Under the pieces are notes generated by a model. It saw nothing but the letters and a program-made list of their open reading frames with translations, made no database searches and was not told the DNA's origin. From an uncultured Candidatus Saccharibacteria bacterium (GTDB taxonomy: Bacteria > Patescibacteriota > Saccharimonadia > Saccharimonadales > UBA10212): 64,000 nt of DNA. The stretch is taken from contig OZ246413.1 in assembly GCA_965231085.1 (NCBI GenBank), positions 603,234 to 667,233 of the forward strand, given 5' to 3'. Positions 18,593-27,655 of the stretch are shown here, one piece after another; the stretch's first letter is position 1; each line of letters starts with the position of its first letter. The translations under genes and the position numbers were made by a program.

Positions 18593-19354
18593 CACAGCTT
18601 GAATCACAAGTGCGGTTTCTTCCCAACTTCGAATCTCCATTGAATCTATTCCCATAGCCATAACTGGATAATCGTTCCCACCTTCTGCTAAACGATCGCC
18701 TATGAACAAAATATCTTCTTTAGAAATACTTAACATGTCAATTAATTTTTGCATTCCGTAGGCTTTATCTATGCCTGGCTTAGTTACATCTATGGAGGTA
18801 ACCCCGCCGACACGAACTTCAAACTCCGGCAATAGTTCAGCTGCCTGGTCTCGAATCGCCTGCTTCTTTTTATTATCGGTGTCCCATTCTTCTTTTTGTT
18901 TCACTCCCTCAAGACCAAGCACGTCTACGATATCCTGTCCTAATGCTGAAAAGGTTACTTGGCTGCCTCTGTCTTCAATTGCGTCTCCGTATATCTTTTC
19001 TTCACGGTAGCCTAGCTCGTCAACCACTTTATTGAGGACATCGATAATCTTCTTTTTTTCAGCTTCAGTAAAATTCTCCGCATAAACTTGCTTCCAGGTC
19101 TTCGCGGTCTCATCGTAAGTCATATAGCGAGTGCCGCAAGTAGGCATAATATGAAGATTTTTTAAGGCCTTGTCACTGGCCTTGAGATTAGCCAGAAGCT
19201 GCTTCTCGAATTGCTCAAACTTACCACCGGAAATGACACAAACTTTATACTTTTCTAGAAGTTGGCTTATTAGGGGTGACATACGGTCCGGTAGGGGTGA
19301 CTTACTGGGAGCGAGCGTGCCATCGAGGTCAAAAGCTATGAGTTTTTTCTTCAT
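18578..19354 (-). CDS. HAD-IIB family phosphatase/phosphomannomutase-like protein
   Basis: MKKKLIAFDLDGTLAPSK carries the DxDGT nucleophile motif, and there is a C-terminal GDRLAEGGNDYP. I prefer the ATG at 19354 because an AAGGAG RBS lies 8 nt upstream and it sits directly after the upstream gene's stop. The track's 19387 start is less likely. Confidence 0.75.
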   Translation of the reverse strand: MKKKLIAFDLDGTLAPSKSPLPDRMSPLISQLLEKYKVCVISGGKFEQFEKQLLANLKASDKALKNLHIMPTCGTRYMTYDETAKTWKQVYAENFTEAEKKKIIDVLNKVVDELGYREEKIYGDAIEDRGSQVTFSALGQDIVDVLGLEGVKQKEEWDTDNKKKQAIRDQAAELLPEFEVRVGGVTSIDVTKPGIDKAYGMQKLIDMLSISKEDILFIGDRLAEGGNDYPVMAMGIDSMEIRSWEETALVIQAVLFVS

Positions 19355-19355
19355 G

Positions 19356-20393
19356 TTATTTCTCCTTGTTTTGCAATTTTTTCGCAATATCCCCTACTTT
19401 TTGAGCATAGTTTTTGTTGGTTATTAATACACCATCTTCGGTAGAAACAACCGCTATGTTATCAAGTCCGATAACTACAACAGGCAGATCTTGTTCGTTA
19501 CGTATGTAGCTATTGGTAACATTATCTAACTCAACATTGTTGCCGTTTATGTGGTTGCCCTTACTATCTTGGTGGCTAACTTCGTGTAGATCTTTGAATG
19601 AGCCGATATCCACCCAGTCGAAGGCTCCTGGCACCACAACCGCATCGGACACTTTTTCTGACAGAGCGTATTCTACTGCCTCAGGCTCCAAGTTTTCGTA
19701 AATTTTCGTAACATCATCTGACTCTAGCAATTTGTTATAGTCTTGCCATAACCTTGGCGCATATTCATGAATATCACGTTCAAAAGTATCTAGTGTCCCC
19801 ATCAGATACCCCATATTCCATAAATAATCCCCGCTCTCAAAATATTCCTCGGCTATATCATGGGGTGGTTTTTCAACGAATTTCTCAAGCTCGTAAACGT
19901 TCTTGAATCCATTTTCTAGACGATCACCTTTTTTAATATAACCAAAGCCAGTTGACGGATACGTCGGCTCAACTCCTAGAAAAACAAGTCTGCCTAGCTT
20001 TTCGGCTAATTCGTCAGCTTGTTTAACGGCAACAGTGAAGCCCTTTTTGTCTCTAATTAAATGGTCTGCCCAAAGAAAAAATATAGACTGGTCCTTATAC
20101 TTTCGTTTCTTGATCTCAGACAATGCCCAAATAACGCAGGACGCTGTACCGCGGCGAGCTGGCTCTACCAATATGTTTTCCTTTGAGATTTCGGGCAGCT
20201 GCTTATAAACATGTTCGACATGAGAGGCTTCCGGTATAACAAAAATATCGTCGGCCAATTCTTTGACGCGATCATATGTATTTTGCAATAGGCTACGCTC
20301 ATTGGTTAAGCGCAGTAGATGCTTGGGGTAATTAACGGTTGATAACGGCCAAAGTCTTGTCCCTGAGCCGCCGGCAATGATGACTACAATCAT
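19356..20393 (-). CDS. mannose-1-phosphate guanylyltransferase (NTP-transferase domain only)
   Basis: 345 aa. MIVVIIAGGSGTRLWPLS is the canonical ManC/CpsB N-terminal signature. There is no C-terminal PMI/cupin domain. Confidence 0.88.
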   Translation of the reverse strand: MIVVIIAGGSGTRLWPLSTVNYPKHLLRLTNERSLLQNTYDRVKELADDIFVIPEASHVEHVYKQLPEISKENILVEPARRGTASCVIWALSEIKKRKYKDQSIFFLWADHLIRDKKGFTVAVKQADELAEKLGRLVFLGVEPTYPSTGFGYIKKGDRLENGFKNVYELEKFVEKPPHDIAEEYFESGDYLWNMGYLMGTLDTFERDIHEYAPRLWQDYNKLLESDDVTKIYENLEPEAVEYALSEKVSDAVVVPGAFDWVDIGSFKDLHEVSHQDSKGNHINGNNVELDNVTNSYIRNEQDLPVVVIGLDNIAVVSTEDGVLITNKNYAQKVGDIAKKLQNKEK

Positions 20394-20422
20394 AATCTAG
20401 ATTCCATAATAGCAGAATTGCC

Positions 20423-21430
20423 TCAACTAGTTTTTCTCTCCAGAACATCCAGAAAGTTTTTAAACAATTTATCCGGGTTCCAGTATTTGTATCCGCCGTG
20501 TTTTATGAATTTTTGGCCAGCAGCTTGGATTCTACTAAATTCCTTTGGGCTAACGCTCCGTAAATAAGTGTTTAGTTCTGAGAAGTTTTTAAAATCTCGC
20601 ATATCAATAAAACAATTTCTTGGAACATACTTTTCAATATTTGGGGTGCCAAGATACACGGGGACAGTCCCAGACAAAAGCGAGTCAAATATCTTTTCGG
20701 TGATGTAGCCTGGGGCGTTTTTTTCATTTTCAAAACATAGGCTAAATTTATAGCTCCGAAGTAATTTGTTTTTATCTTCTACGCTGCCCCGATAATTTTT
20801 GTACGGTCTAATGTCTACAAGGTCTTTAAGTACTTGGAGCAAGCGCCCTCTTTTTATAGCTCCGATTAACTGATGCCTTTTTATAACCCTATTACCCTGT
20901 TCCCACCCATAGCCGTATAGATCAAAGTCGTTAAACTTTTCAAAAAATCGGATGGCTTTTCGTCTATATGAATAAAGCTCATTAGTCACGTAACTATATT
21001 TGTTGGCATTAATTAGTATCAAAAATTTACGCTCGTTAAAACCAGGGACTTTATCAAGCGGCTCTTCGGCCAGGGGTTGGCGGATTTTAAAGATTCGTTT
21101 GTTATCCACTAGGTCGTCCAGATGGGTAAAGATTGTGCCATACTGATCCCAAACTTGTTTAGTGTACTGTCTGGGCAAAACCACCCTTGGCTCAAAAGCA
21201 AACAAGGCTAACCGTTGTTTGGGAATGTTCGCAGCCTGACATTTTTGAAAAAACTCCTCTTTATAGTTAAAACACAGGACCATATCGGCTGCTTTTAAAT
21301 CACCTAGATCATAGGTGTTAATATTGATGCCTCTGTTCTTGGCCTGTCTCTTTAGTTCACGGTAGGGGCTATCAAAGATTTTATTCTTGAGCTCAGCCGG
21401 ACCAGTGGGGTCTAGAAGGTATTGCTTCAT
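20423..21430 (-). CDS. GT10-family alpha-1,3/4-fucosyltransferase-like glycosyltransferase
   Basis: YKFSLCFENEKNAPGYITEKIFDSLLSGTVPVYLGTPNI matches the GT10 motif seen in Helicobacter FucT (F.LCFEN...GY.TEK...P.Y.G.P). Confidence 0.8.
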   Translation of the reverse strand: MKQYLLDPTGPAELKNKIFDSPYRELKRQAKNRGININTYDLGDLKAADMVLCFNYKEEFFQKCQAANIPKQRLALFAFEPRVVLPRQYTKQVWDQYGTIFTHLDDLVDNKRIFKIRQPLAEEPLDKVPGFNERKFLILINANKYSYVTNELYSYRRKAIRFFEKFNDFDLYGYGWEQGNRVIKRHQLIGAIKRGRLLQVLKDLVDIRPYKNYRGSVEDKNKLLRSYKFSLCFENEKNAPGYITEKIFDSLLSGTVPVYLGTPNIEKYVPRNCFIDMRDFKNFSELNTYLRSVSPKEFSRIQAAGQKFIKHGGYKYWNPDKLFKNFLDVLERKTS

Positions 21431-21546
21431 CGCTTTTTAGTCTAGCTTAAAGCTCATAATTTTATACAATTTTTATCAATTTATAACACCTTGAAAAATA
21501 TGCCGCTAAACTGTTAAACTGTGTGTGGATAAGTTAAAATAAAGAT

Positions 21547-22098
21547 ATGGTCAGACTAAAGAAAATTGATAAACGGCTAATAGCTGGCGCCCTCGTTTTG
21601 GTGGCCGGCGCTGCATTGTATTTATTGATTTGGCATAACCCCCCTAAGACGGCAGTTATCCCATCGACCAATGCCGCATCCGTTACTACACAAACCAGCA
21701 CAGCTGACTCTGTGGCTAGCCAATCGGCTATCCCTAACTCTGTTAGTACTAATGCTGGCGACAAATCGTCTAGCGTTGACGTGCCGGCCGGATCGGCTCC
21801 GGCTGCTCCAACCGGTAATTTCATAAGTAACCACCGACCTAGTGTTAGTACGTCTCTTCAGGAATCTTCGGTTTGCGTATCAACACCTGGCGCCACTTGC
21901 TACATCCAGTTTTCACAAGGTGACATGACCAGAACACTTGCCGAGCAGAAGACTGATAGTGCCGGCTCGACCTATTGGAACTGGAATGTATCTGAAGCCC
22001 AGTTAACCAACGGGTCGTGGAAAGTTCAGGCTATAGCCAAGCTAAATGGTCAGACAGCGACCTCTTCAGACCCAATGAATCTAGAGGTTCAATTATGA
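21547..22098 (+). CDS. hypothetical membrane-anchored protein with Ser/Thr-rich linker
   Basis: 183 aa. N-terminal TM helix, then an S/T/A-rich segment (SVTTQTSTADSVASQSAIPNSVSTNAGDKSSS), then a small C-terminal domain. Confidence 0.6.
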   Translation: MVRLKKIDKRLIAGALVLVAGAALYLLIWHNPPKTAVIPSTNAASVTTQTSTADSVASQSAIPNSVSTNAGDKSSSVDVPAGSAPAAPTGNFISNHRPSVSTSLQESSVCVSTPGATCYIQFSQGDMTRTLAEQKTDSAGSTYWNWNVSEAQLTNGSWKVQAIAKLNGQTATSSDPMNLEVQL

Positions 22099-24605
22099 AA
22101 TACTTAACTAGTAAACTAAAACTATTTGTGGTCTTTCTAATTGTGACCCTATTCGCCAGCAGCCTACATACTAGCGCTGGTTTTATTGCTAATAATCTAA
22201 TGGACGATGGTGTCTTTGATAACTATAACTCTATGAGTGCCGACCAGATTGATTCATGGCTTAATAGCACCTTCCCTAGCAGCTGTATTAGCTCCAATAA
22301 TGGCTTTACGTCTCCTGACCCAACTGGCTACACCCCATCAACCGGCTTCACTTTTGGTAGCGAAGTTTCCGCTGGTACAGTTATAGCTCACGCGGCACAA
22401 GTATATGGTTTAAACCCTCGAGTCATAATTTCAACCTTGCAAAAAGAGTCATCGCTAGTGTCAGGCTCTCAGGGGTGCCCTAGTTGGCGCTATGCCTCCG
22501 CTATGGGGTATGGCTGCACAGACGCTGGTGGTAGTTTTGACTATCCGGGGGTTGAACTCTATAGCATGAACGGCACACCTGTCGTTGGGATTACCGGCAG
22601 CTGCGTTAATAAACAAAGCCGGGTTGGTTTCTCGAGGCAGGTTATTGTCGCCACTTGGCAATTAAAATTTGACCAGCAAAGATCAAAGGGTAATGTTGGT
22701 TGGAATGTCCAGAAACCCGGATGGGATAACACCGATGACCTAACAACCAACTATAACGGTTGGATGACTCAAGGTGTATTTCACCGTAATAACGGAGACA
22801 CAGCGGCAGCCTATGACGGTTGGGCAACTATTGATGGCTCTCCAGTACATATCGATACTGGGCCAACAGCAGCTCTTTATAATTACACCCCTCATTTTGC
22901 CGGCAATCTAAGCTTCGACAATATCTACCAGGGGTGGTTTGGCTCAATCTACAATCCAGCCTACTCCTGGGTAATGTATGACATTACTATTTCGCCGCTC
23001 GTAGCCGGACAACCTGGAGCTTCCGTTTATGGCAACCGGCCAATTAGCATAACTTTTGCTGCCCGCAACACCGGTAATGTTACCTGGACAAATAACGGTG
23101 CAAACCCTGTAGATATTGGCACGGCTGGGCCTACTGACCACGCCAGCCCACTTTATGTAGCCTCTAGCTGGATCAGCAATACTCGCCCGGCTAGATTGAC
23201 CGAAAGTTCGGTGGCACCAGGCAACATTGGTCACTTTAGCTTTACAATCAATCCACCCAACCGAGACGGAGCCTACAATGAATACTTTAGTCTAGTGTCA
23301 GAAGGAGCTTCCTGGTTTGATAACCCCTACCAGCTGAGCCTTAATGTAATTGCCACTCACTATTCTTGGCAGGTAGTTTCTCAAACTGCATCAAACGGCC
23401 TAACCCTTACTCCCGGGCAAACTTCGCAAATAACGATTGTGGCTAAAAATACTGGTAATATCGACTGGTCAAACTCGACTAACCCTGTAAAACTGGCTAC
23501 CTGGAGTCCACCAAATCATAGCAGCGCTTTTTGTGACTCTAGCTGGGCGACCAATTCACCGAACCCGAGTCTAGGCTGTATTAGACCGGCCCTCATGACC
23601 GAAAGCTCCGTGTCCCCCGGTAGTAATGGAACATTCACCTTCACCCTAAAAGCCCCGGCTACTAATGGCAGCTACTCTGAGAAGTTCAATTTGGTATCGG
23701 AAGGTTCTTCCTGGTTTGAGGAGCCAGCCACAACTATCAACGTAACGGTTGGCACTTTCTACACCTGGCAGCTGGTTGGCCAGACTTACGGGGCAGGTTC
23801 GACAACCTATACCGATGGTATCCCCGCTGATCCCGGCGATGTTATACCTGTAACCGTAACTGTTAAAAACACTGGCAATGTTACATGGTCGAACACAACT
23901 AACCCTGTAAAACTGGCTACCTGGAACCCACCAAACAAGAATAGCCCTTATTGTGATTCGAACTGGGCAGCTAACTCGCCGAACCCAAGTCTAGCCTGTA
24001 TCAGAGCCGCCACTCTCAACGAGGCGACTGTGGCGCCTGGAGCCAATGGGACATTTAGTTTCAACCTTAAGGCTGGTCTACCTGGTAACTACGGCCAATA
24101 CTTTAACCTGGTTTCAGAGGGCGCCGCCTGGTTTAGCGAAAACGGCATAATTAGATTTAACCTTAATGTCCGCGGCAATTACGGCTGGCAGCTGGTTGGC
24201 CAGACTTACGGGGCAGGTTCGACAACCTATAACGACGGTGTACCCATACATCCAGGCGATAGCGAGACTGTAACTATTGCCCTAAAAAATACTGGCAACA
24301 CTACTTGGAAAAACAGTGGTTCATACCCAATAAAGCTGGCTACCTGGGATGCACCAAACCGCACCAGCGCCTTTTGTGACTCTAGTTGGGCGACCAATTC
24401 GCCGAACCCAAGCCTTCCCTGCATTCGCCCTGCTCTTCTTACTGAAAGCTCTGTAGCTCCTGGGGCTACTGGCCACTTTACCTTTATAGTTAAGGCTCCG
24501 TCTACGGCTGGTAACTACGGCGAATACTTCAACCTGGTTTCAGAAGGCGCTGCCTGGTTCCCGGTCAATGGTTTTATAAGATTCAACTTTAACAACTGGC
24601 CATAA
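22095..24605 (+). CDS. secreted protein: N-terminal lysozyme-like/cell-wall-hydrolase-like region plus four tandem ~140-aa Ig-like (NBR1-like) repeats
   Basis: I prefer the ATG at 22095, which overlaps the upstream stop as ATGA and is followed by a signal peptide (MKYLTSKLKLFVVFLIVTLFASSLHTSA). The region AAQVYGLNPRVIISTLQKESSLV is hydrolase-like. The repeats carry KNTGNxxW...SEGxxWF motifs. Confidence 0.75.
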   Translation: MKYLTSKLKLFVVFLIVTLFASSLHTSAGFIANNLMDDGVFDNYNSMSADQIDSWLNSTFPSSCISSNNGFTSPDPTGYTPSTGFTFGSEVSAGTVIAHAAQVYGLNPRVIISTLQKESSLVSGSQGCPSWRYASAMGYGCTDAGGSFDYPGVELYSMNGTPVVGITGSCVNKQSRVGFSRQVIVATWQLKFDQQRSKGNVGWNVQKPGWDNTDDLTTNYNGWMTQGVFHRNNGDTAAAYDGWATIDGSPVHIDTGPTAALYNYTPHFAGNLSFDNIYQGWFGSIYNPAYSWVMYDITISPLVAGQPGASVYGNRPISITFAARNTGNVTWTNNGANPVDIGTAGPTDHASPLYVASSWISNTRPARLTESSVAPGNIGHFSFTINPPNRDGAYNEYFSLVSEGASWFDNPYQLSLNVIATHYSWQVVSQTASNGLTLTPGQTSQITIVAKNTGNIDWSNSTNPVKLATWSPPNHSSAFCDSSWATNSPNPSLGCIRPALMTESSVSPGSNGTFTFTLKAPATNGSYSEKFNLVSEGSSWFEEPATTINVTVGTFYTWQLVGQTYGAGSTTYTDGIPADPGDVIPVTVTVKNTGNVTWSNTTNPVKLATWNPPNKNSPYCDSNWAANSPNPSLACIRAATLNEATVAPGANGTFSFNLKAGLPGNYGQYFNLVSEGAAWFSENGIIRFNLNVRGNYGWQLVGQTYGAGSTTYNDGVPIHPGDSETVTIALKNTGNTTWKNSGSYPIKLATWDAPNRTSAFCDSSWATNSPNPSLPCIRPALLTESSVAPGATGHFTFIVKAPSTAGNYGEYFNLVSEGAAWFPVNGFIRFNFNNWP
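22955..24602 (+). repeat. intragenic tandem domain repeats (4 copies; the last three have an exact 420-nt period)
   Basis: Identical 47-nt blocks at 23765-23811 and 24185-24231. Identical 28-nt blocks at 23478-23505 and 23898-23925. The KNTGN codons recur at 23448, 23868 and 24288. Confidence 0.85.
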
Positions 24606-24639
24606 TACAACATTATTACTGAAGTCTATATCTTAAATC

Positions 24640-24648
24640 TGGTATAAT
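24640..24648 (+). promoter_or_regulatory. extended -10 promoter element (TGGTATAAT) 9 nt upstream of the fcl ATG
   Basis: TGnTATAAT at 24640-24648. There is no Shine-Dalgarno between it and the ATG at 24658, which implies a leaderless or near-leaderless transcript. Confidence 0.4.
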
Positions 24649-24657
24649 AACACCTAT

Positions 24658-25593
24658 ATGTTCTGGAAAAATAAACGAGTACTTGTTACCGGCGGCCATG
24701 GATTTGTGGGTAGTCATCTGGTTGAAAAACTCGAAAAATTAGGCGCGATTGTTATCGCTCCGACACACAAACAGTACGATCTCATTGATGGTGATCAGGT
24801 CCGCAAAATGTACGATGAAAATCCAGCCGATATTGTTCTGCACCTAGCGGCACGAGTTGGTGGAATTGGTGCTAACCGCGAGCACCCTGGGTCATTTTTT
24901 TATGACAACTTGATGATGGGAACCCAGCTTCTTCATGAGGCCTATACTCATAAAATTCCTAAATTTGTAGCTTTGGGCACAATCTGCGCCTATCCAAAGT
25001 ACACCCCTATTCCATTTAAGGAAGAGGACTTATGGAGCGGATACCCAGAAGAGACCAATGCCCCATACGGCCTAGCTAAAAAAATGATGCTAGTGCAAAG
25101 CCAGGGCTACCGCGAAGAATATGGTTATAACTCGATTTTTCTGCTACCAGTAAATCAATATGGCCCTAGAGATAACTTTGACCTGGAGTCATCGCATGTC
25201 ATCCCGGCCATAATTAGAAAATGTATTGAAGCCGAGGCTTCCGGCGCCAAAGAAGTCGTGTTATGGGGAGATGGTAGCCCAACCAGAGAATTCTTATACG
25301 TTGATGATACCGTTGAGGGGATCCTATTGGCCGCTGAGAAGTATGATAAAAGCGAACCAGTTAATCTAGGTTCTGCTTATGAAATATCTATTAAAGATCT
25401 TGCCGAATTAATCGCTAAAGAGACTGGATTTAGCGGCCAGATTAAATGGGATACTTCCAAACCAAATGGCCAGCCACGCAGAAAGCTTGATACCTCGAAA
25501 GCTGAAAAAGAATTCGGCTTTGTGTCTAAAACAAGTTTTGAGGATGGCTTAAGGAAAACGATTAATTGGTATAAAAAGGAGACAAACAAATAA
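24658..25593 (+). CDS. fcl: GDP-L-fucose synthase (GDP-4-keto-6-deoxy-D-mannose 3,5-epimerase/4-reductase)
   Basis: 311 aa. [13 protein letters not shown] Rossmann motif, NAPYGLAKK catalytic Y..K, and [10 protein letters not shown] typical of Fcl. Confidence 0.9.
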   Translation: MFWKNKRVLVTGGHGFVGSHLVEKLEKLGAIVIAPTHKQYDLIDGDQVRKMYDENPADIVLHLAARVGGIGANREHPGSFFYDNLMMGTQLLHEAYTHKIPKFVALGTICAYPKYTPIPFKEEDLWSGYPEETNAPYGLAKKMMLVQSQGYREEYGYNSIFLLPVNQYGPRDNFDLESSHVIPAIIRKCIEAEASGAKEVVLWGDGSPTREFLYVDDTVEGILLAAEKYDKSEPVNLGSAYEISIKDLAELIAKETGFSGQIKWDTSKPNGQPRRKLDTSKAEKEFGFVSKTSFEDGLRKTINWYKKETNK

Positions 25594-26417
25594 GTACTTC
25601 AACTGAAATAGTAATTAAGCCTCAAAAGTTTATTGGGGTTCACTTTAGCGAAATATGGCGAGCCAGAGAGCTCTTCTATTTCCTAACCTGGAGAGATGTT
25701 AAAGTCCGCTATAAGCAGACTATGATTGGTGCCTCCTGGGCAATCATCCAGCCGTTTGTCAGCATGGTTATATTTACCATATTCTTTAATAAAGTAGCTG
25801 GGATCCAAGTTTCCGGAATCCCATACGCTATCTTCTCGTTCTCTGGGCTGCTTTTTTGGGGGTATTTTTCTGGCGCCTTATCTAACGTTAGTAACAGTCT
25901 ACTGTCAAATCAGGCGATCGTAACCAAGGTTTACTTTCCGAGGATAATGCTGCCAATTGCTGGGACATTAATCGGTTTGGTTGACTTCTTTTTCGCATCG
26001 ATTGTATTTGCTGGACTAATGGTTTACTACGGAATCACGCCAGGCATTGTCGGGATACTAATGATAGTCCCTATGCTTTTGCTCTGTTTAATCTCCGCCC
26101 TCGGGCTTGGCTGTGTGTTTGCAGCCCTTAACGTCCGTTATCGTGATGTGAGAGCCGCAGTTCCGTTCGTAATTCAGATTGGCCTGTTTTTAACGCCAAT
26201 TATCTACCCGGTAAGTTTGATCCCAAAAAATTATCAGTGGCTGCTTAACTTAAATCCCATGGCCAGCGTAATTAATACTATGCGCGCTGGTCTTCTGCAC
26301 AATGGCAGTATTAACTGGGCAGGCATCGGTATATCGACAGCAGTATCATTAATCATGTTAATCATCGGTGTTATAGTATTCGGCCGAGCTGAAAGGAAAT
26401 TTGCGGACATAATATGA
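25590..26417 (+). CDS. wzm: ABC-2 type polysaccharide export permease (Wzm/TagG-like); start codon non-canonical or unresolved
   Basis: The conserved N-terminal family sequence ([24 protein letters not shown]) is encoded upstream of the first ATG (25722). The frame is open back to 25575 with no ATG, GTG or TTG. An AAGGAG RBS (25576-25581) is spaced 8 nt from ATA at 25590. Confidence 0.8.
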   Translation: MSTSTEIVIKPQKFIGVHFSEIWRARELFYFLTWRDVKVRYKQTMIGASWAIIQPFVSMVIFTIFFNKVAGIQVSGIPYAIFSFSGLLFWGYFSGALSNVSNSLLSNQAIVTKVYFPRIMLPIAGTLIGLVDFFFASIVFAGLMVYYGITPGIVGILMIVPMLLLCLISALGLGCVFAALNVRYRDVRAAVPFVIQIGLFLTPIIYPVSLIPKNYQWLLNLNPMASVINTMRAGLLHNGSINWAGIGISTAVSLIMLIIGVIVFGRAERKFADII

Positions 26418-27655
26418 GCCAACCAGTTATTGAAGTTGAGGGCATTTCGAAGAAATATCAAATTGCTCATAGCCGAGCAAAGGGCCGTAGTATGGGGCAA
26501 GAGATTGCTTATAACTTTAAACGGCCGCTTGAGACTATCCTGGGTCGAGGTGAAAAGAAAGAAGATTTTTGGGCGCTTAGAGACATCAGCTTTAGCCTGA
26601 ACGAAGGTGATGTCTTGGGCATTATTGGTAGAAATGGTTCGGGCAAGTCTACTTTGTTAAAAATTCTAACTAGAATCGTGGACCCAACTGAAGGGCGAGC
26701 AGTTATGCGAAAACGTGTAGCCAGCTTACTGGAAGTCGGCACCGGTTTTCACCCTGAGCTAACTGGCCGTGAAAATGTATTTTTAAACGGGTCAATCCTT
26801 GGTATGAGCCAGCGAGAAATAAAAAGCAAATTTGATGAGATTGTTGCTTTTTCCGAAGTTGAACAATTCTTAGACACCCCGGTGAAGTTTTATTCATCCG
26901 GTATGTATGTGCGTTTGGCCTTTGCCGTAGCCGCTCACCTTGACCCTGAAATATTGATTATCGATGAAGTCTTGGCAGTTGGAGACGCTCCGTTCCAGAA
27001 AAAATGTCTCGGGCGCATGGAAGACATCGCCAAACAAGGGCGAACCGTATTGTTTGTTAGCCACAGCATGGGCTCGGTACGTGATCTCTGCAAGCAAGGT
27101 CTGTTCCTACAAAAAGGTATTGGTAAATTCTACCCTGACGTCAATGAAGCCCTGATCGACTACCAGGCCAGCACGGCCGTTAAACACGGCAAGCACGTCA
27201 AGATTTTGCCTAAAGATAAGGATATCGAATTTAATAACATTATAGTTAACGGCCAACCGATTGAACAAAATGTTCATGTTTTTTCTGGTGATAGTCTCAA
27301 AATTAGCCTCGATTACAAGAGTGATAAAAAACGAGACTACGATTTATGCGTTGGGTTCTCTCTTCGCAATAAACGCGATAACGCTTTAGTTGTCTACACC
27401 CACAGCCATCTAGAAAGTGTTAAGCATAAAACTGGTAAAAATGGCCATTTGGATGCCGAGTTGATGATACCAAAGCTAGCCCCAGATCTTTACGGACTAG
27501 AGGTTAATGTTTGGCTAGATGATGATTACGTCGTTGGCGACGAAGAAGTTGGAACTATTAAGTTCGAACCAACTCCATCTTTTGAATCAAAGCAAATGCC
27601 AAGCTCATTCCCTTCATACATCATGGCTAGCTCAACCTGGAGTTTTAGAGCATGA
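26414..27655 (+). CDS. wzt: polysaccharide ABC exporter ATP-binding protein with C-terminal glycan-binding-type extension (Wzt/TagH-like)
   Basis: Walker A GRNGSGKSTLLK, signature YSSGM, Walker B ILIIDE. About 160 additional C-terminal residues occupy the position of the Wzt carbohydrate-binding domain. Confidence 0.9.
   Translation: MSQPVIEVEGISKKYQIAHSRAKGRSMGQEIAYNFKRPLETILGRGEKKEDFWALRDISFSLNEGDVLGIIGRNGSGKSTLLKILTRIVDPTEGRAVMRKRVASLLEVGTGFHPELTGRENVFLNGSILGMSQREIKSKFDEIVAFSEVEQFLDTPVKFYSSGMYVRLAFAVAAHLDPEILIIDEVLAVGDAPFQKKCLGRMEDIAKQGRTVLFVSHSMGSVRDLCKQGLFLQKGIGKFYPDVNEALIDYQASTAVKHGKHVKILPKDKDIEFNNIIVNGQPIEQNVHVFSGDSLKISLDYKSDKKRDYDLCVGFSLRNKRDNALVVYTHSHLESVKHKTGKNGHLDAELMIPKLAPDLYGLEVNVWLDDDYVVGDEEVGTIKFEPTPSFESKQMPSSFPSYIMASSTWSFRA

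Noticed and set aside
19355-19387. Longer start (MRKNCKTRRNN...) for the HAD-IIB gene
   Set aside because: It would overlap the upstream manC-like gene's end. The ATG at 19354 has an AAGGAG RBS and begins the conserved MKKKLIAFDLDGT motif.
22017-22094. 5' extension of the 862-aa ORF given in the track
   Set aside because: The extension overlaps the preceding gene in another frame. The ATG at 22095 gives an ATGA stop/start overlap and an immediate signal peptide.
22955-24602. Repeats as a possible CRISPR array or non-coding satellite
   Set aside because: The period is 420 nt, in frame, and encodes a conserved protein domain within one long ORF. There is no short repeat/spacer structure anywhere in the window.
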